NCBI GenBank assembly: GCA_038831915.1
Contig: JAWBKB010000013.1
Location: 1 to 24,000, forward strand
Direction of reading: 5' to 3'
Source of the DNA: Candidatus Caldarchaeum sp.
Lineage (GTDB): Archaea; Thermoproteota; Nitrososphaeria_A; Caldarchaeales; Caldarchaeaceae
DNA length: 24,000 nt
The notes beneath the pieces are model-generated. The model did no database searches and was not told the origin of the DNA. It saw nothing but the letters and a program-made list of their open reading frames with translations. Of the stretch, positions 23,379-24,000 are shown piece after piece. Both the position numbers and the translations under genes were made by a program. Numbering within the stretch: position 1 is the stretch's first letter; every line of letters starts with the position of its first letter.

Positions 23379-24000
23379 GGCTGAAATGATGTAGAATGGG
23401 TAGCACTTCGCCGGTGACGGGGTAAAGCAAAGGCTCGGTCGCGCCGGCGTCTCTATATTCCTTTATCTTTTTCCTACATTCTTCGACGTCCCCTACTGCC
23501 ATGAGCTTCGCAGCCAATTTCTCATCGACTATTTCAACTGCCTTTCTGAGTTTCTCCTCAGTCGTGGGCCAACCACCGGTTACAGCCCTCACCTCCTCCG
23601 TAATTTTCTCGGGAACACCTGAGGCAATCGCAATGTGAGGCTACATGGCTAAATATTCAGTCACCATCAAGCGAGCCATGTAGAAAGCCTTTTCAGAATC
23701 AGCAGAATAGGATACGGCTAGTAGCTGTGGTCTATTAATTTCCGATAGTTTTCTTCCAGATTTTTTTGCGCCTTCTGAAATATGCTCGACTGCTTTTCTG
23801 TTGTATTCAGGGGAGACTAGATAATTTAGAAGAACGCCGTCAGCGATTTCTCCTGCAAGTTCACACATCTGAAACCCTGTTGCGCCAACATATACTGGGA
23901 CGTTTCGTGGAATGCGTTCCAGCCGTACCCCTCTAACTTTGACAAATTCGCCTTCAAACCAAACTTCCTCGCCTTTTAACAACTTTTTCAAAAACCACGA
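23365..24000 (-). pseudogene. LLM-class (luciferase-like) flavin/F420-dependent oxidoreductase, 5'-truncated by the window edge and interrupted by one in-frame TAG (23641-23643)
   Basis: Track ORFs 23641-23991 and 23365-23592 are in the same frame. The 16 codons between them (PHIAIASGVPEKITEE) contain no stop. Read through, the sequence is a continuous LLM C-terminal half (VPVYVGATGFQMCELAGEIADGVLLN...ARLMVTEYLAM*PHIAIASGVPE...MAVGDVEECRKKIKEYRDAGATEPLLYP). The reading frame is open to position 24000. Confidence 0.7.

Noticed and set aside
23641-23643. In-frame TAG in the LLM gene read as pyrrolysine
   Set aside because: TAG is the ordinary stop codon of at least seven well-supported genes in this window. 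No pyl genes or methylamine methyltransferases are visible. The LLM family is not known to contain Pyl. A nonsense mutation or sequencing error is more parsimonious.
1-24000. CRISPR arrays, IS elements, integrases, toxin-antitoxin or other defence modules
   Set aside because: Reading both strands by eye showed no regularly spaced direct repeats, terminal inverted repeats or transposase, integrase or nuclease-like ORFs. Intergenic space is too small (133 nt or less, apart from 21676-21986) to hide such elements. A computational repeat search was not possible here.

Overview
The window is a densely packed archaeal chromosomal core region. The archaeal call rests on archaemetzincin, ABCE1, Fap7, the Rio1 plus KH/Dim2 pair, a CdvB-type ESCRT-III protein, CDC48, a tRNA-Tyr with C1-G72 and a canonical-position intron, and TATA-like boxes centred about 26-28 nt upstream of many start codons, which implies mostly leaderless mRNAs. 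Together with SCO1, OsmC and a class II RNR, this suggests an aerobic TACK-type (Thaum-/Aigarchaeota-like) organism. That lineage guess is inference only. I support about 24 protein genes, one intron-containing tRNA, one unannotated box C/D sRNA candidate and one gene interrupted by a single in-frame TAG. By eye I saw no CRISPR array, transposase or integrase, long repeats, or recognisable defence or mobile island. I cannot honestly point to a new multi-gene system here. The observations most worth follow-up are these. (1) A box C/D sRNA candidate at 21184-21245 with its own TATA box. (2) An LLM-family oxidoreductase broken by one amber codon. (3) The tRNA-Tyr is wedged 5 nt and 22 nt from its flanking protein genes, inside an apparent SCO1-to-KH minus-strand unit. 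(4) A MaoC-like hot-dog protein that lacks the catalytic Asp/His and is translationally coupled to an aminotransferase. (5) An AlaX whose CxxxH zinc motif reads DxxxH. (6) An SCO1-coupled membrane protein with a Cys-Cys pair. (7) Unusual gene packing: all five convergent gene pairs overlap, and the amzA/fap7 promoters appear to lie inside each other's first codons. Bases 1-117 cannot be assigned. All function calls come from motif recognition by eye, with no database search.
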